From positions 2,489,083-2,553,082 of the forward strand of contig OZ244898.1 of the NCBI GenBank assembly GCA_965221585.1: a stretch of 64,000 nucleotides of DNA, written 5' to 3'. Source of the stretch: Candidatus Aldehydirespiratoraceae bacterium. GTDB taxonomy: Bacteria > Actinomycetota > Acidimicrobiia > Acidimicrobiales > Aldehydirespiratoraceae. The position numbers and the translations under genes are program-made. The notes beneath the pieces were generated by a model, which did not search any database, was not told the origin of the DNA, and was given only the letters and a program-made list of their open reading frames with translations. Positions 7,542 through 16,812 of this stretch are shown piece by piece; position 1 is the stretch's first letter; every line of letters begins with the position of its first letter.

Positions 7542-8627
7542 ATGCCACAAACGGTCAAGGGAGTTATTTCAGCGGCGGTTGGTGAGCCGGTCACGTTAAC
7601 CGACATCGTGATCCCCGATCCCGGGCCGGGCGAAGCAGTGGTGGCGATACAGGCTTGCGGGGTGTGCCACACAGACCTCCACTATCGCGAGGGCGGGATC
7701 AACGACGAATTCCCGTTCCTGCTCGGCCACGAGGCCTCCGGCATCGTCGAGTCCGTCGGTGACGGGGTGAGTGAAGTCGCTCCGGGCGACTTCGTGATCC
7801 TCAACTGGCGGGCGGTGTGCGGCGACTGCCGATCATGCAACCGGGGCAGGCCGCATCTCTGTTTCAGCACCCACAACGCCACCCAGAAGATGACCCTCGA
7901 AGATGGCACCGAACTGTCACCGGCCCTGGGTATCGGTGCTTTCGCCGAGAAGACGCTGGTAGCTGCCGGCCAGTGCACCAAGGTCGATCCCGAGGCCTCC
8001 CCCGCCGCAGCGGGACTGCTGGGTTGCGGCGTGATGGCCGGGATCGGTGCGGCCATCAACACCGGAGGTGTCGGACGCGGTGACAGCGTGGCGGTGTTCG
8101 GCTGCGGAGGTGTCGGCAACGCGGCCATTGCGGGGGCACAACTAGCCGGGGCGTCCACCATCATCGCCGTCGATATCGACGACCGTAAGCTCGAACTGGC
8201 CAAGGGTTTCGGAGCGCACCACACGATCAACTCGAGCGAAGAGGACGCGGTCGCCAAGATCCAGGAGTACACGGGTGGGTTCGGGGCCGATGTCACCATC
8301 GATGCCATCGGACTTCCCGAGGTGTACAAGCAGTGCTTCGAAGCACGGGATCTTGCGGGCACCGTGGTGCTCGTCGGGGTGCCGACGCCCGAGATGAAAG
8401 TCGAGCTGCCATTCCAGGAGGTGTTCGGCCGGGGCGGGGCGCTCAAGTCGAGCTGGTACGGCGACTGTCTGCCGACCAGGGACTTCCCGATGCTGATCGA
8501 CCTCTATCAGCAGGGCCGACTCAACCTCGACGGGTTCGTGTCCGAGACGATCGGTCTCGACGGCGTGGAGGAGGCCTTCCACAAGATGGAGCGGGGCGAG
8601 GTGCTGCGCTCTGTGGTCCTCACCTGA
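7542..8627 (+). CDS. mscR: S-(hydroxymethyl)mycothiol dehydrogenase / S-nitrosomycothiol reductase
   Basis: Zn-ADH motifs GVCHTD, GHE and CGDCRSC; family-typical [17 protein letters not shown] and [11 protein letters not shown]. Confidence 0.9.
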   Translation: MPQTVKGVISAAVGEPVTLTDIVIPDPGPGEAVVAIQACGVCHTDLHYREGGINDEFPFLLGHEASGIVESVGDGVSEVAPGDFVILNWRAVCGDCRSCNRGRPHLCFSTHNATQKMTLEDGTELSPALGIGAFAEKTLVAAGQCTKVDPEASPAAAGLLGCGVMAGIGAAINTGGVGRGDSVAVFGCGGVGNAAIAGAQLAGASTIIAVDIDDRKLELAKGFGAHHTINSSEEDAVAKIQEYTGGFGADVTIDAIGLPEVYKQCFEARDLAGTVVLVGVPTPEMKVELPFQEVFGRGGALKSSWYGDCLPTRDFPMLIDLYQQGRLNLDGFVSETIGLDGVEEAFHKMERGEVLRSVVLT

Positions 8628-9259
8628 TGGCTGTCGAACTGGTCACAACCGACGGAATCTTCGCCCTCGACGGGGGCGAATGGGAGGTCACCAACAACAT
8701 CTGGCTGGTGGGCGACGACCGGGAACTGGTCATTTTCGACGCTGCCCATGATCATCAGCCGATTGTTGACGCGGTCAACGGCCGGCGAGTCACCGCGATC
8801 GTGTGCACGCACGGCCACAACGACCACATCAACGCCGCGGTGGAGCTGCGCGACGCGGTGGACGCCCCGATCCTGCTGCATCCCGACGATCAGATGCTCT
8901 GGGATGTGGTTTTCCCCGACGACTCGGTCGACGGCGCGCTGACCCCCGGCGAGACGATCAGCGCTGGTGGCCACACTCTGGGGATCATCCACACTCCCGG
9001 GCATTCGCCTGGTTGCTGTTGTTTCTTCGATGTGGATGCTGGGCGGGTGATCTCGGGCGACACTCTGTTCTGCGGTGGTCCGGGAGCGACCGGGCGCAGC
9101 TACAGCGACGAACCGACGATCCTGCGCTCGATCCGCGACCGCCTGCTGACGCTCCCCGGCGACACCACGGTGCACACCGGCCACGGCGACACCACCACCA
9201 TCGACGACGAACGCCAAAGGGTCCTCGACCGCATCAGCGAACTCGGCCTCGATGCTTGA
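8627..9259 (+). CDS. MBL-fold hydrolase (glyoxalase II-like partner of MscR)
   Basis: THGHNDH, HTPGHSPG, SGDTLF, HTGHG; TGATG overlap with mscR, a conserved actinobacterial gene pair. Confidence 0.88.
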   Translation: MAVELVTTDGIFALDGGEWEVTNNIWLVGDDRELVIFDAAHDHQPIVDAVNGRRVTAIVCTHGHNDHINAAVELRDAVDAPILLHPDDQMLWDVVFPDDSVDGALTPGETISAGGHTLGIIHTPGHSPGCCCFFDVDAGRVISGDTLFCGGPGATGRSYSDEPTILRSIRDRLLTLPGDTTVHTGHGDTTTIDDERQRVLDRISELGLDA

Positions 9260-9294
9260 ACCTGCGAAGGCGATCGCACAGCTACGCTAGGTGG

Positions 9295-9441
9295 ATGGCA
9301 GCAACAGCGGACGGCAACGCCGCGGAGGTATTACAGCGCATCCGGTTCGGTCTCCAGGTACAAGAGCAAATCGCTGCCCTGCGGAGCGACCCCGATGCCT
9401 GGGCCGATTACCTGGCTGAAGTAGAGGCCCTCTCGCATTAA
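9295..9441 (+). CDS. 48-aa hypothetical protein, antitoxin-C-terminus-like
   Basis: MAATADGNAAEVLQRIRFGLQVQEQIAALRSDPDAWADYLAEVEALSH; TACGCT 6 nt before the ATG (leaderless geometry). Confidence 0.45.
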   Translation: MAATADGNAAEVLQRIRFGLQVQEQIAALRSDPDAWADYLAEVEALSH

Positions 9442-9455
9442 AGCACCATGGATGC

Positions 9456-10922
9456 CTAAAGCTGCAGGGTGGTGCCGTGGATGGTGACGGGGGTGCTGAT
9501 CAGGTCTTCGGTCGTTGCGGTGGAAGCAACATCGGGGTCGTCTAGGGCTGCCACGGCGCGGCTGCCGGAGGCGAGGTCGACAATGGCTCGCACACCGGAA
9601 GGGCCCATACCCTCGTAGACGACGGTGTAGGTCGCAACGGTCCCCTTTCCGGAGGGATCTTCATCGAGGGGAACCTCAGCAGTGGCGGCTCTCGCCTCAT
9701 CGGCCAGATCAGCGACGAGCAGCCCAGTCGCGGGTGCCTCCGTGCTCCAAACGGTGAGTCCCGGTTTGGTCAACAATCCACTGACCGCGGCGACCGCACC
9801 ATAGGCGCCGGGCTCGGACCGCACAGCCTCGATCATCGCGACCGTGGCTTGAAGCACGAAGTTGTTGAACGGACCCCCAGCAAACGCCATGCCCCCAGTG
9901 ACAGTGCAAACCCGGTCGAGGTTCACATCGAGTTCGGCTTGCTGAACCGCCACCGCGGCTGGAAAACAGCTGTAGACCTCGATGTGTTCCATGTCGGCCA
10001 CGGCGCGGCCGATATGGCGCTCGGCCGCCGACCCCAACGCCGCCATGGCCGGCCAGCGATGAAGGTCGCCGCGACGGGACAACGAAAGAGCCATCGACGA
10101 CTCGAGGCCCACATGGGGGAAGACCCAGCGATCACGAGGCACGCCGAGCGACTCCGCGGTCGGAGCCGAACACAGGATCAGAGCCGCGGCCTGGTCCACG
10201 CCCCACTGCGAGTTGTGCCACTTGTTGTAGGGGAAGGCCAGCGGCCGGTTCGTAGGGGTTGGATCACGAATCTCTTCCAGCAGCATCGGCTCACCGAAAG
10301 CCGCCCGCGGATTCATCTGAGCGACCTGATTGAAATGGTGCCAACGTCGGGCGATCTCGTCGCGGTGTTCGCTCAGTGTCCAACCCTGAGCAGCGCGGCG
10401 AGCATTCTCGATCATGGCGTACTGCTGGACCGGAACAACCGCTCCGATGTTGATCTCCGGGCGGGCAACGATCTCGCCGCTGGGGCTGAACTCTTCGTCG
10501 GGCACCAGGCCGTCTTGATCATGGCCGGGTAGTTCCAGTCCGGCCCGGCGAGCAACATCGTCTCGATGCTTGGTCTCGCCGCCACAGACAACTGCAATGT
10601 CGGTCTTACCCGAACGGATCGCCTCGAACGCCAAGTTGATCAGGGTCTGCTGCGACACGCCCACATCCACCGCGACCGTATGGGGGTCCGCGCCAACCGC
10701 CTCCCCGATCCGACGCGCAGCGTCGGGAAGCTGCGAAAGCCCGCGGGTGGCGCCGATCCAGCCGATCCTGGGGCCAAGACCGGCTACACCACTGTCGCTC
10801 AGCGCGGCTCGCAGCGCCTCGCTCATCAGTTCTGTGGTGTCATGCCCGGCGCCGGGATCAGCGAGCCGCTGATCAGCGGCACCCGCGCCGATCAGCACCA
10901 CGGTGTCGGGTTCGTGACTCAT
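9456..10922 (-). CDS. Thiolase-like acetyl-CoA acetyltransferase (actinobacterial type)
   Basis: VDQAAALILCS, EVYSCFP, TVTGGMAFAGGPFNNF; C-terminal ATYTVVY extension. Confidence 0.85.
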   Translation of the reverse strand: MSHEPDTVVLIGAGAADQRLADPGAGHDTTELMSEALRAALSDSGVAGLGPRIGWIGATRGLSQLPDAARRIGEAVGADPHTVAVDVGVSQQTLINLAFEAIRSGKTDIAVVCGGETKHRDDVARRAGLELPGHDQDGLVPDEEFSPSGEIVARPEINIGAVVPVQQYAMIENARRAAQGWTLSEHRDEIARRWHHFNQVAQMNPRAAFGEPMLLEEIRDPTPTNRPLAFPYNKWHNSQWGVDQAAALILCSAPTAESLGVPRDRWVFPHVGLESSMALSLSRRGDLHRWPAMAALGSAAERHIGRAVADMEHIEVYSCFPAAVAVQQAELDVNLDRVCTVTGGMAFAGGPFNNFVLQATVAMIEAVRSEPGAYGAVAAVSGLLTKPGLTVWSTEAPATGLLVADLADEARAATAEVPLDEDPSGKGTVATYTVVYEGMGPSGVRAIVDLASGSRAVAALDDPDVASTATTEDLISTPVTIHGTTLQL

Positions 10923-11012
10923 TGAGTGCGGACCCTACTGTGAAGGTGTTCGACACACATCGCCGGTTCCGGCGATTTCGACCCGGACCCACACAACTGG
11001 GAGACTCATCAG

Positions 11013-12143
11013 ATGACTGAGCTACTCGACGCCGCTCGCGACCTTCGCGGCACCCTCGATGCCGAAGGCGCCAAGGCCGAAGCCGAAGGCACTCCCATGA
11101 CCGACGAGGCGGTGAAGCTCTGCCGCGAGGCCGGTCTCTACGGCACGCTCATCCCCAAAGACGTCGGCGGAGCGGAGCTGACGTTCAACCAATCGCTTGA
11201 CGTGTTCACTGAACTGGCCCGTGCAGACGGCTCCATCGGCTGGGTCGTGATGGCGGGCAGCACCGCCGCCTGCTATTTCGGGTCGTGGTCGCCCGCCTCT
11301 TTCAGCGATGTGATGTTCGCCGACGGCGTGCCGCTGGTGGCCGGACAGTTCGCACCCAACGGAACCGCCGTGCCCGGTCCCGAGGGCTACCACATCACCG
11401 GCAACTACTCCTTCGGCTCGGGTTTGCAGCACGCCGAATGGGCAGGCTGCGGGTCTTTCAGCGCGCCCACCGAGGGCGACCCCGACTACCTGCTTGCGGT
11501 CGTGCCCGTCGAGGAGGCTGACATCACCGGAAACTGGCATGTGATGGGCCTTCGCTCGACTGCCTCGTACGACTACAAGATCGACAGCTTGGTGCCCGAG
11601 GACCGGACGCTGTCGTTCTTCGGGTTCACCAAGTACCGCGGCGGTCCCACCTACAACCTCGGAGTGCTGTGCATCACCGAGGTCGGCCACGCCGGTTGGG
11701 TACTCGGCGTGACACGCAGGGCCATCGACGAGGCGACGGCACTGGCCAAGACCAAACAGCGCATGACCGGCAAGTCGACCCTCGCAGACGACCCACGCTT
11801 CCAGTACGACCTGGCCGAGGCCGAGAGCCTCTTCCGTGCCGGTGACCTCTGGATCCGCTCGGCCTTCAGCAAAGCGGAGCAGTCGGCGCTCAACGACAAC
11901 ATCGACCAGGCCGCCATCAGCGAAGCGCTCCAAGCGACCGCCTGGTTCACCCAACAGTCGACCCAGGTGATCCAGACCGTCTACCGCCACATCGGAACTA
12001 CAGCCTTGCGAGACGGCGGGTTCCAGCGCTGCTTCCGCGACATCCATGCAGGCAGCCAGCACGCCATGGTCAGCCCCACCCACTCCTACGCTTTCGCCGA
12101 GGCGATGATCGCCCCCGCCCCCGACTCCGCCCTGGAGTTCTAG
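11013..12143 (+). CDS. Acyl-CoA dehydrogenase-fold flavin-dependent monooxygenase (HsaA-like)
   Basis: ARADGSIGW, ITGNYSFGSG, WHVMGLRSTAS, QRCFRDIHAGSQH. Confidence 0.82.
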   Translation: MTELLDAARDLRGTLDAEGAKAEAEGTPMTDEAVKLCREAGLYGTLIPKDVGGAELTFNQSLDVFTELARADGSIGWVVMAGSTAACYFGSWSPASFSDVMFADGVPLVAGQFAPNGTAVPGPEGYHITGNYSFGSGLQHAEWAGCGSFSAPTEGDPDYLLAVVPVEEADITGNWHVMGLRSTASYDYKIDSLVPEDRTLSFFGFTKYRGGPTYNLGVLCITEVGHAGWVLGVTRRAIDEATALAKTKQRMTGKSTLADDPRFQYDLAEAESLFRAGDLWIRSAFSKAEQSALNDNIDQAAISEALQATAWFTQQSTQVIQTVYRHIGTTALRDGGFQRCFRDIHAGSQHAMVSPTHSYAFAEAMIAPAPDSALEF

Positions 12144-12150
12144 CAACCAA

Positions 12151-12981
12151 TCAGAGCGAGACGCTGGTGAGGTCATCGCCGATGACGACCTCACCAGAGA
12201 AATGTGCGGCAGCAATGGCACGCCACTCGTCGTACTGCTCGGGTTGGGGTGCGGGCACCAGATGAGTGAGCACCAGAGTCTTGACCCCGTTGCGGGCCGC
12301 GGTCTGAGCCGCCTGCTCAACGCTCGAGTGATAATCGAGAATGTCCTGCATACGCAGCACCGGAACCAACTTCACAAGGTCGTCGCGAATGACAGTCTGG
12401 ACATAAACGTCGGCGTTGCTGGTCAACTCGTCGAGCCCAGCACACGGGATGGTGTCGCCCGCCAACGCTGCGATCTTGCCCTCCCGTTCGACCCGGTAAC
12501 CGACGGTGGGCTCAACCGGCGCATGAACAGTCGGGAAAACGGTCACCTGCATCGACCCAAGACCGAATGAGTCGCCCGCTTGCACCTCAGTCACTTCAAC
12601 GGTCGGGCCCCAGTTCAGATCATCGTGGTGAGCGAGCCGGTATCCGATGTCGGGTCCGAGAGCGTCCAAGGTGCGGTCAACAAAGCGTTCGATCCCGACA
12701 GGACCCCAGATCCGTAGAGGCGTCGGCTCATTGGTCATCACCCAGTGGGTGGTGATGACATCGTTGAGGGCGGAAAGGTGATCGCTGTGCAGGTGCGTTA
12801 TCAGCACGCCCTGCAGCAGCACGGGCAGCGAACCCGCCGCGGCCATACGCATCACACATCCTCGGCCTGCATCGACAAGCACCTGCTCCAGGCCACCTTC
12901 ACCGGCCTTGAGCAGCGTTGCGGGGCCGGCCCGATTGGCATCAGGGAGAGGTGAGCCAGTTCCCAAGAGGATAACTTCCAT
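12151..12981 (-). CDS. RNase Z-like MBL hydrolase (possible type III sulfatase)
   Basis: LLGTGSPLP, LVDAGRG, THLHSDH, AGDT, YHSS, LVLTHLVP. Confidence 0.85.
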   Translation of the reverse strand: MEVILLGTGSPLPDANRAGPATLLKAGEGGLEQVLVDAGRGCVMRMAAAGSLPVLLQGVLITHLHSDHLSALNDVITTHWVMTNEPTPLRIWGPVGIERFVDRTLDALGPDIGYRLAHHDDLNWGPTVEVTEVQAGDSFGLGSMQVTVFPTVHAPVEPTVGYRVEREGKIAALAGDTIPCAGLDELTSNADVYVQTVIRDDLVKLVPVLRMQDILDYHSSVEQAAQTAARNGVKTLVLTHLVPAPQPEQYDEWRAIAAAHFSGEVVIGDDLTSVSL

Positions 12982-12990
12982 CAGACCCCC

Positions 12991-15573
12991 TTAGTTTGCG
13001 CCCGCCGAAGTCGGGCTTCGATCGACGGTATCACGCTTGGCGAGCACTCGCAGCATCATCTCGCGGGCCACCATGGGCCCGGCATTCTGGTTCTGGCCGG
13101 TGATGAGGTCTCCGTCGACCACCACATGGTTGGCAAACGCGTCACGGCGGCGATGGCTGCTCTGGAAGTCAGCGCCCAAGCGGCGGAGCTCCGTCTCGGG
13201 GTGCTGCGGCGTGTTGCCGATACCGAGTTCTTCGACCTGCTTGTCGGTGACCGCGGTGAGCGGGCGGCCCTTGACCAGCGGTTCGCCATCCGCGGTCGTG
13301 GCTTTCAACAACCCCAACGGCCCATGACAGACGCCGCCGAGCACCTTGTCCTTGGCGGCGGCCACAGTGACCTGCTCACCGACCGCATCCGAGGTGCCGA
13401 GGTCCCAGGCCGCTCCCCAACCACCGGCGAAATAGACGATGTCGTAGTCGTCCATGTCGAGGGCTGCGATTGCGAGACTGTTGCGGACCTTCTCCTTGGC
13501 CTCGTCGTCGACCAGGAAACGGTCGTCGTGGTGCGTACGAACGATCGGAACGAACGATTTCGGGTCGAACGGAATGTCGCCGCCCTTGGGCGAGGCGACA
13601 TCGACTTCCATCCCCGCATCAAGGAACTCATAGTACGGAACGGTCAACTCCGACGCGAACACGCCGGTGGGTTTGCCAACGTCGAGTGTTCCATGGTTGG
13701 TGGCGACAATCAGCGCCCGGTGGCCCGTCAAGTTGAGCTTGCGCGCCTCCGGATCTTCAGGATGCATGCCGGCTCTTTGAAGCAGGCGTCGCAGGCCCCG
13801 TGCCGGCAGCGGAGGTCGTTTGGATTTCGGCGGATCAGCTTGCCGTTGGGCTGTGGGCCAGTCGGCGTTGCGCTTGGGGATCCGTTCGCTGCGGATTCGC
13901 TCCAGGGTTTCCTTCAACATTCCAAACACCTCTTTGAGATCGGGGTCGTCGCTTCGGTTATTGGTCTCGATCGGGTCGTCGCTGAGGCAGTACAGCTCCC
14001 ACTGGTCTGGAATCGGCTCGCTGCGATAGACGGGTCCTGCCGGCGTACGGGCCGATAGTTGCCGCACGTGAGGCTCGGTCCAGATCGCGGGATCGTCGAA
14101 GGTGCGGACCAGCTTCCACAATCGACCATCGACAGTGCCGACAACAGCTTCGAGATTGGTTGCGGCGTGGGACGGAACCTTGATCTGCAGCGGATACGGA
14201 GCTTCGTTACGGCCGCGTGCTGCCAGCATCGCCGCGCTCGAACCGTCGCCTTCCAGCATGTTGTCGCGAGTCATCAGATAGACGGAATCCCGTGGTGCCT
14301 GCTCCGGCGACGACAGCACTCCGCTCAAGTCGCGCCCCGGGAGCCGATGGACCTCGCTGTGGGTCTTCGCCAACTCGGCGCCCAGCGCTGCCTCGTCGGC
14401 CCCAGCCAATCCCAGCAGGGTCGGCAACAGGTCGATGTGGCTGGTCGGCTCATCGACTACCGCCGGGGTGGTGGCAGCAGCGCCGATGCGAACGATCTGC
14501 AACGGCACCCGAGTCGCCTCGTCATAGAGCTGATACCACTTCTGATGCAGACCGCCGTGCGAACCCAGCAGGTCACCGTGATCGGAACTGAACACCAGAA
14601 CAGCATCCGCGCTGCCCCCATCAGTGACCGCACGGCGAACCCGGTCGATCGGTCCGTCAACATCATGGTGCAGGCGGTAGTACGTCCGCCGGTAGCGCTC
14701 CGCGTTGCCCTCATAAGCACGACGGATCAGCGGGGCCGGACCGTAGGCCGAGTAGTAGCCGTCGCGGTAGGCCATCTGCAGCGCCGGTTTTGTGGAGAGA
14801 TCCTCATCGTCAGTCGGCGACGGCGGGATCGGCGGCGGTTCAGCCAGCGACGGGGCCAGCGTGTTGCCACGCCTCCTCTGCATCGCCAACAGCGGCCACA
14901 GCACGATGTCGTGGGGATTGACGAACGAACAGATCAACAAGAAGGGTCTGGCCGCCGCCTCGTCGCCCGCCGCACGACGCTGGTAACGCTCTTGGAGCCA
15001 TGCCACCGCACGATCCGCGTAGATCGGGTCGCGGACATAACCCGAGTCGGACCAGTGGCCGCCATGGGGTTCGGGGCCCACCCAACCGGAGAAGCCGAAC
15101 TCGTCGAGCGGGTCAGCGGCAAGGTAGGCGTCAATCGCTTCGGGAATCAACTCGCCCTCGGAGGTATTGGTGCGCAGGCGGCTGCCGTCGACGATCAGGT
15201 CGGCATGGCTGACATGCCACTTGCCGACATAGGCAGTGTCGTAGCCGGCGGCGCGCAACCAGTGGCCCATCGTGGGCACCTCGTCGGGTTTGAGCCAGCG
15301 CATCCGGCTGTCGGTGGCTCGCTTGCCCAGTCCGTCGGTCTGGGTGACGCCGTGCACATCGGGGTACTGGCCCGTCAGCAGGCTCGGCCGGCTGGGAACA
15401 CACGCGGTGGAGGCCACATAGTGACGTTGAAAGTCGACACCGTTCTCGGTGAACCAGCGACGCCCAACGAGATGCTGTTCACGCCAAGCCCGGATTTCGG
15501 CTGTTTCGTAGGCCGGCGCGGCCCGCTCCTCGTCGGTGAGCAGGATCACAATGTCGGGTTGGCTCTCGGACAC
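12991..15573 (-). CDS. Formylglycine-type sulfatase fused to a C-terminal DJ-1/PfpI domain
   Basis: TDEER, CVPSRPSLLTG, GKWH, NPHD, SDHG, then GVFASELTVPY, GGWGAAWD, GVCHGP, ITGQNQ. Confidence 0.88.
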   Translation of the reverse strand: MSESQPDIVILLTDEERAAPAYETAEIRAWREQHLVGRRWFTENGVDFQRHYVASTACVPSRPSLLTGQYPDVHGVTQTDGLGKRATDSRMRWLKPDEVPTMGHWLRAAGYDTAYVGKWHVSHADLIVDGSRLRTNTSEGELIPEAIDAYLAADPLDEFGFSGWVGPEPHGGHWSDSGYVRDPIYADRAVAWLQERYQRRAAGDEAAARPFLLICSFVNPHDIVLWPLLAMQRRRGNTLAPSLAEPPPIPPSPTDDEDLSTKPALQMAYRDGYYSAYGPAPLIRRAYEGNAERYRRTYYRLHHDVDGPIDRVRRAVTDGGSADAVLVFSSDHGDLLGSHGGLHQKWYQLYDEATRVPLQIVRIGAAATTPAVVDEPTSHIDLLPTLLGLAGADEAALGAELAKTHSEVHRLPGRDLSGVLSSPEQAPRDSVYLMTRDNMLEGDGSSAAMLAARGRNEAPYPLQIKVPSHAATNLEAVVGTVDGRLWKLVRTFDDPAIWTEPHVRQLSARTPAGPVYRSEPIPDQWELYCLSDDPIETNNRSDDPDLKEVFGMLKETLERIRSERIPKRNADWPTAQRQADPPKSKRPPLPARGLRRLLQRAGMHPEDPEARKLNLTGHRALIVATNHGTLDVGKPTGVFASELTVPYYEFLDAGMEVDVASPKGGDIPFDPKSFVPIVRTHHDDRFLVDDEAKEKVRNSLAIAALDMDDYDIVYFAGGWGAAWDLGTSDAVGEQVTVAAAKDKVLGGVCHGPLGLLKATTADGEPLVKGRPLTAVTDKQVEELGIGNTPQHPETELRRLGADFQSSHRRRDAFANHVVVDGDLITGQNQNAGPMVAREMMLRVLAKRDTVDRSPTSAGAN

Positions 15574-15576
15574 GGG

Positions 15577-16038
15577 TTATCTCCGTTCTGCTCCTGTGGA
15601 GGCGGTTAGTGTCACCGCGGCGTCCAGATCACGAAGCAGGCGTTGGTTGACCGAACCCATCTGTCGGGCCAGCAACCGGGCCGCGAGTTTCATCGGCGGT
15701 CTGGGGCCGGGTTCAACATGGGCACTGAGCGCGAGTTGTGTGCGGTCCCGGTCCGCGGTGAGTGTCCATTCGTTGACAACGCTGCTGACCAACGACGGCA
15801 GACCAACGATCTCATAGGCCAGCGCCTCGTTGGGTTCCCAGACAGTGACCCGTTCGAGAAGAACGTTGGACTTGACCTGAACCCTGCGTTCGGTGCCGAC
15901 GCCTTCACGACGTTCGGTCAACGCACAACTGTGGTCGATTTCCTGGGCCCAGCCAGCGATGCGGCTGAAGTCGCGCAGCACCGCCCAAACCTCCTCGCAG
16001 GAGGCAGCGACATTGATTTCGTGAGTGACCGTGACCAC
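15577..16038 (-). CDS. SRPBCC (polyketide cyclase/dehydrase-like) family protein
   Basis: INVAASCEEVWAVLRDFSRIAGW, GVGTERRV, ERVTVWEP. Confidence 0.82.
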   Translation of the reverse strand: MVTVTHEINVAASCEEVWAVLRDFSRIAGWAQEIDHSCALTERREGVGTERRVQVKSNVLLERVTVWEPNEALAYEIVGLPSLVSSVVNEWTLTADRDRTQLALSAHVEPGPRPPMKLAARLLARQMGSVNQRLLRDLDAAVTLTASTGAERR

Positions 16039-16041
16039 TGC

Positions 16042-16686
16042 TCACACCTGTGCCAGCACCGCTGACAGCATCGACTTGAGGATCTTGGCAGTGGTAGGCC
16101 GGTCCAATCCCCGAACATGTCGAAGCAGGTCGATGGCATCGATTGAACACATGGTTGCCAGAGATTCGGCCAACAATTCAGCGTCGTCTGGCGCGAGCCC
16201 GTCGAGTTCGGTCGCGAAGTGTCTTGTTACCTGGTCAACGTTCAGAGCCGCTGTCTGTTCAAGGTTCTCCGCTAGGACAGGCTCGAAAGGGGCGCGCATC
16301 TGTCCGACGCGCCACACGGACGCGGCCGCGTCGTAGAGCGTCAGGCGCTGCTCAACGAGCCGTTCCACGCGCTCATCGAGGGAGCCGACTCCAGTGTCGG
16401 GTACCACCCAGATGTCTACCGTCGCCGCCAACTGGCGTTCGACAGCGACCCGGCACAACTCGCCGAGGTCGTCGAAGTAACGAAAGACGCTGCGATGCGA
16501 CACACCCGAGCGTTCTGCGACTGCGCTCACCGAGGGTCGCAGGTCGCCTTCTCGATACAGTTCCAACATCGCGTCGACAACCCTCTCCCGGTTGCGGTCG
16601 CGTCGGGCCCGGCGTCCGTCGGGGTTGTCGGCCTGAGCTGTGTCGTCGCCGGGAGCAGCCGGAGCCGCGGGTGTTGCGCGGGGCAT
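16042..16686 (-). CDS. TetR/AcrR-family transcriptional regulator
   Basis: DGRRARRDRNRERVVDAM and HTH VAERSGVSHRSVFRYF; ATG at 16686 preceded by TATGGT. Confidence 0.9.
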   Translation of the reverse strand: MPRATPAAPAAPGDDTAQADNPDGRRARRDRNRERVVDAMLELYREGDLRPSVSAVAERSGVSHRSVFRYFDDLGELCRVAVERQLAATVDIWVVPDTGVGSLDERVERLVEQRLTLYDAAASVWRVGQMRAPFEPVLAENLEQTAALNVDQVTRHFATELDGLAPDDAELLAESLATMCSIDAIDLLRHVRGLDRPTTAKILKSMLSAVLAQV

Positions 16687-16812
16687 AGTCCGATCACCAT
16701 ACAACTGGCATTCGTACTGTCACAACAAAGGGGAGACGATTCAACATATGCTGTACCGGCTCATCGGGCATAGGTCCGTCTGCTGCACCGAAAACCAGGA
16801 AGCGAGCTCACA

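Noticed and set aside
14059-15609. Long antisense or alternate-frame ORFs (also 11022-12320, 24994-26451, 30544-32169, 54839-56116, 56665-58134, 61310-62974)
   Set aside because: They are shadows of well-supported genes, expected in high-GC DNA, and carry no motifs.
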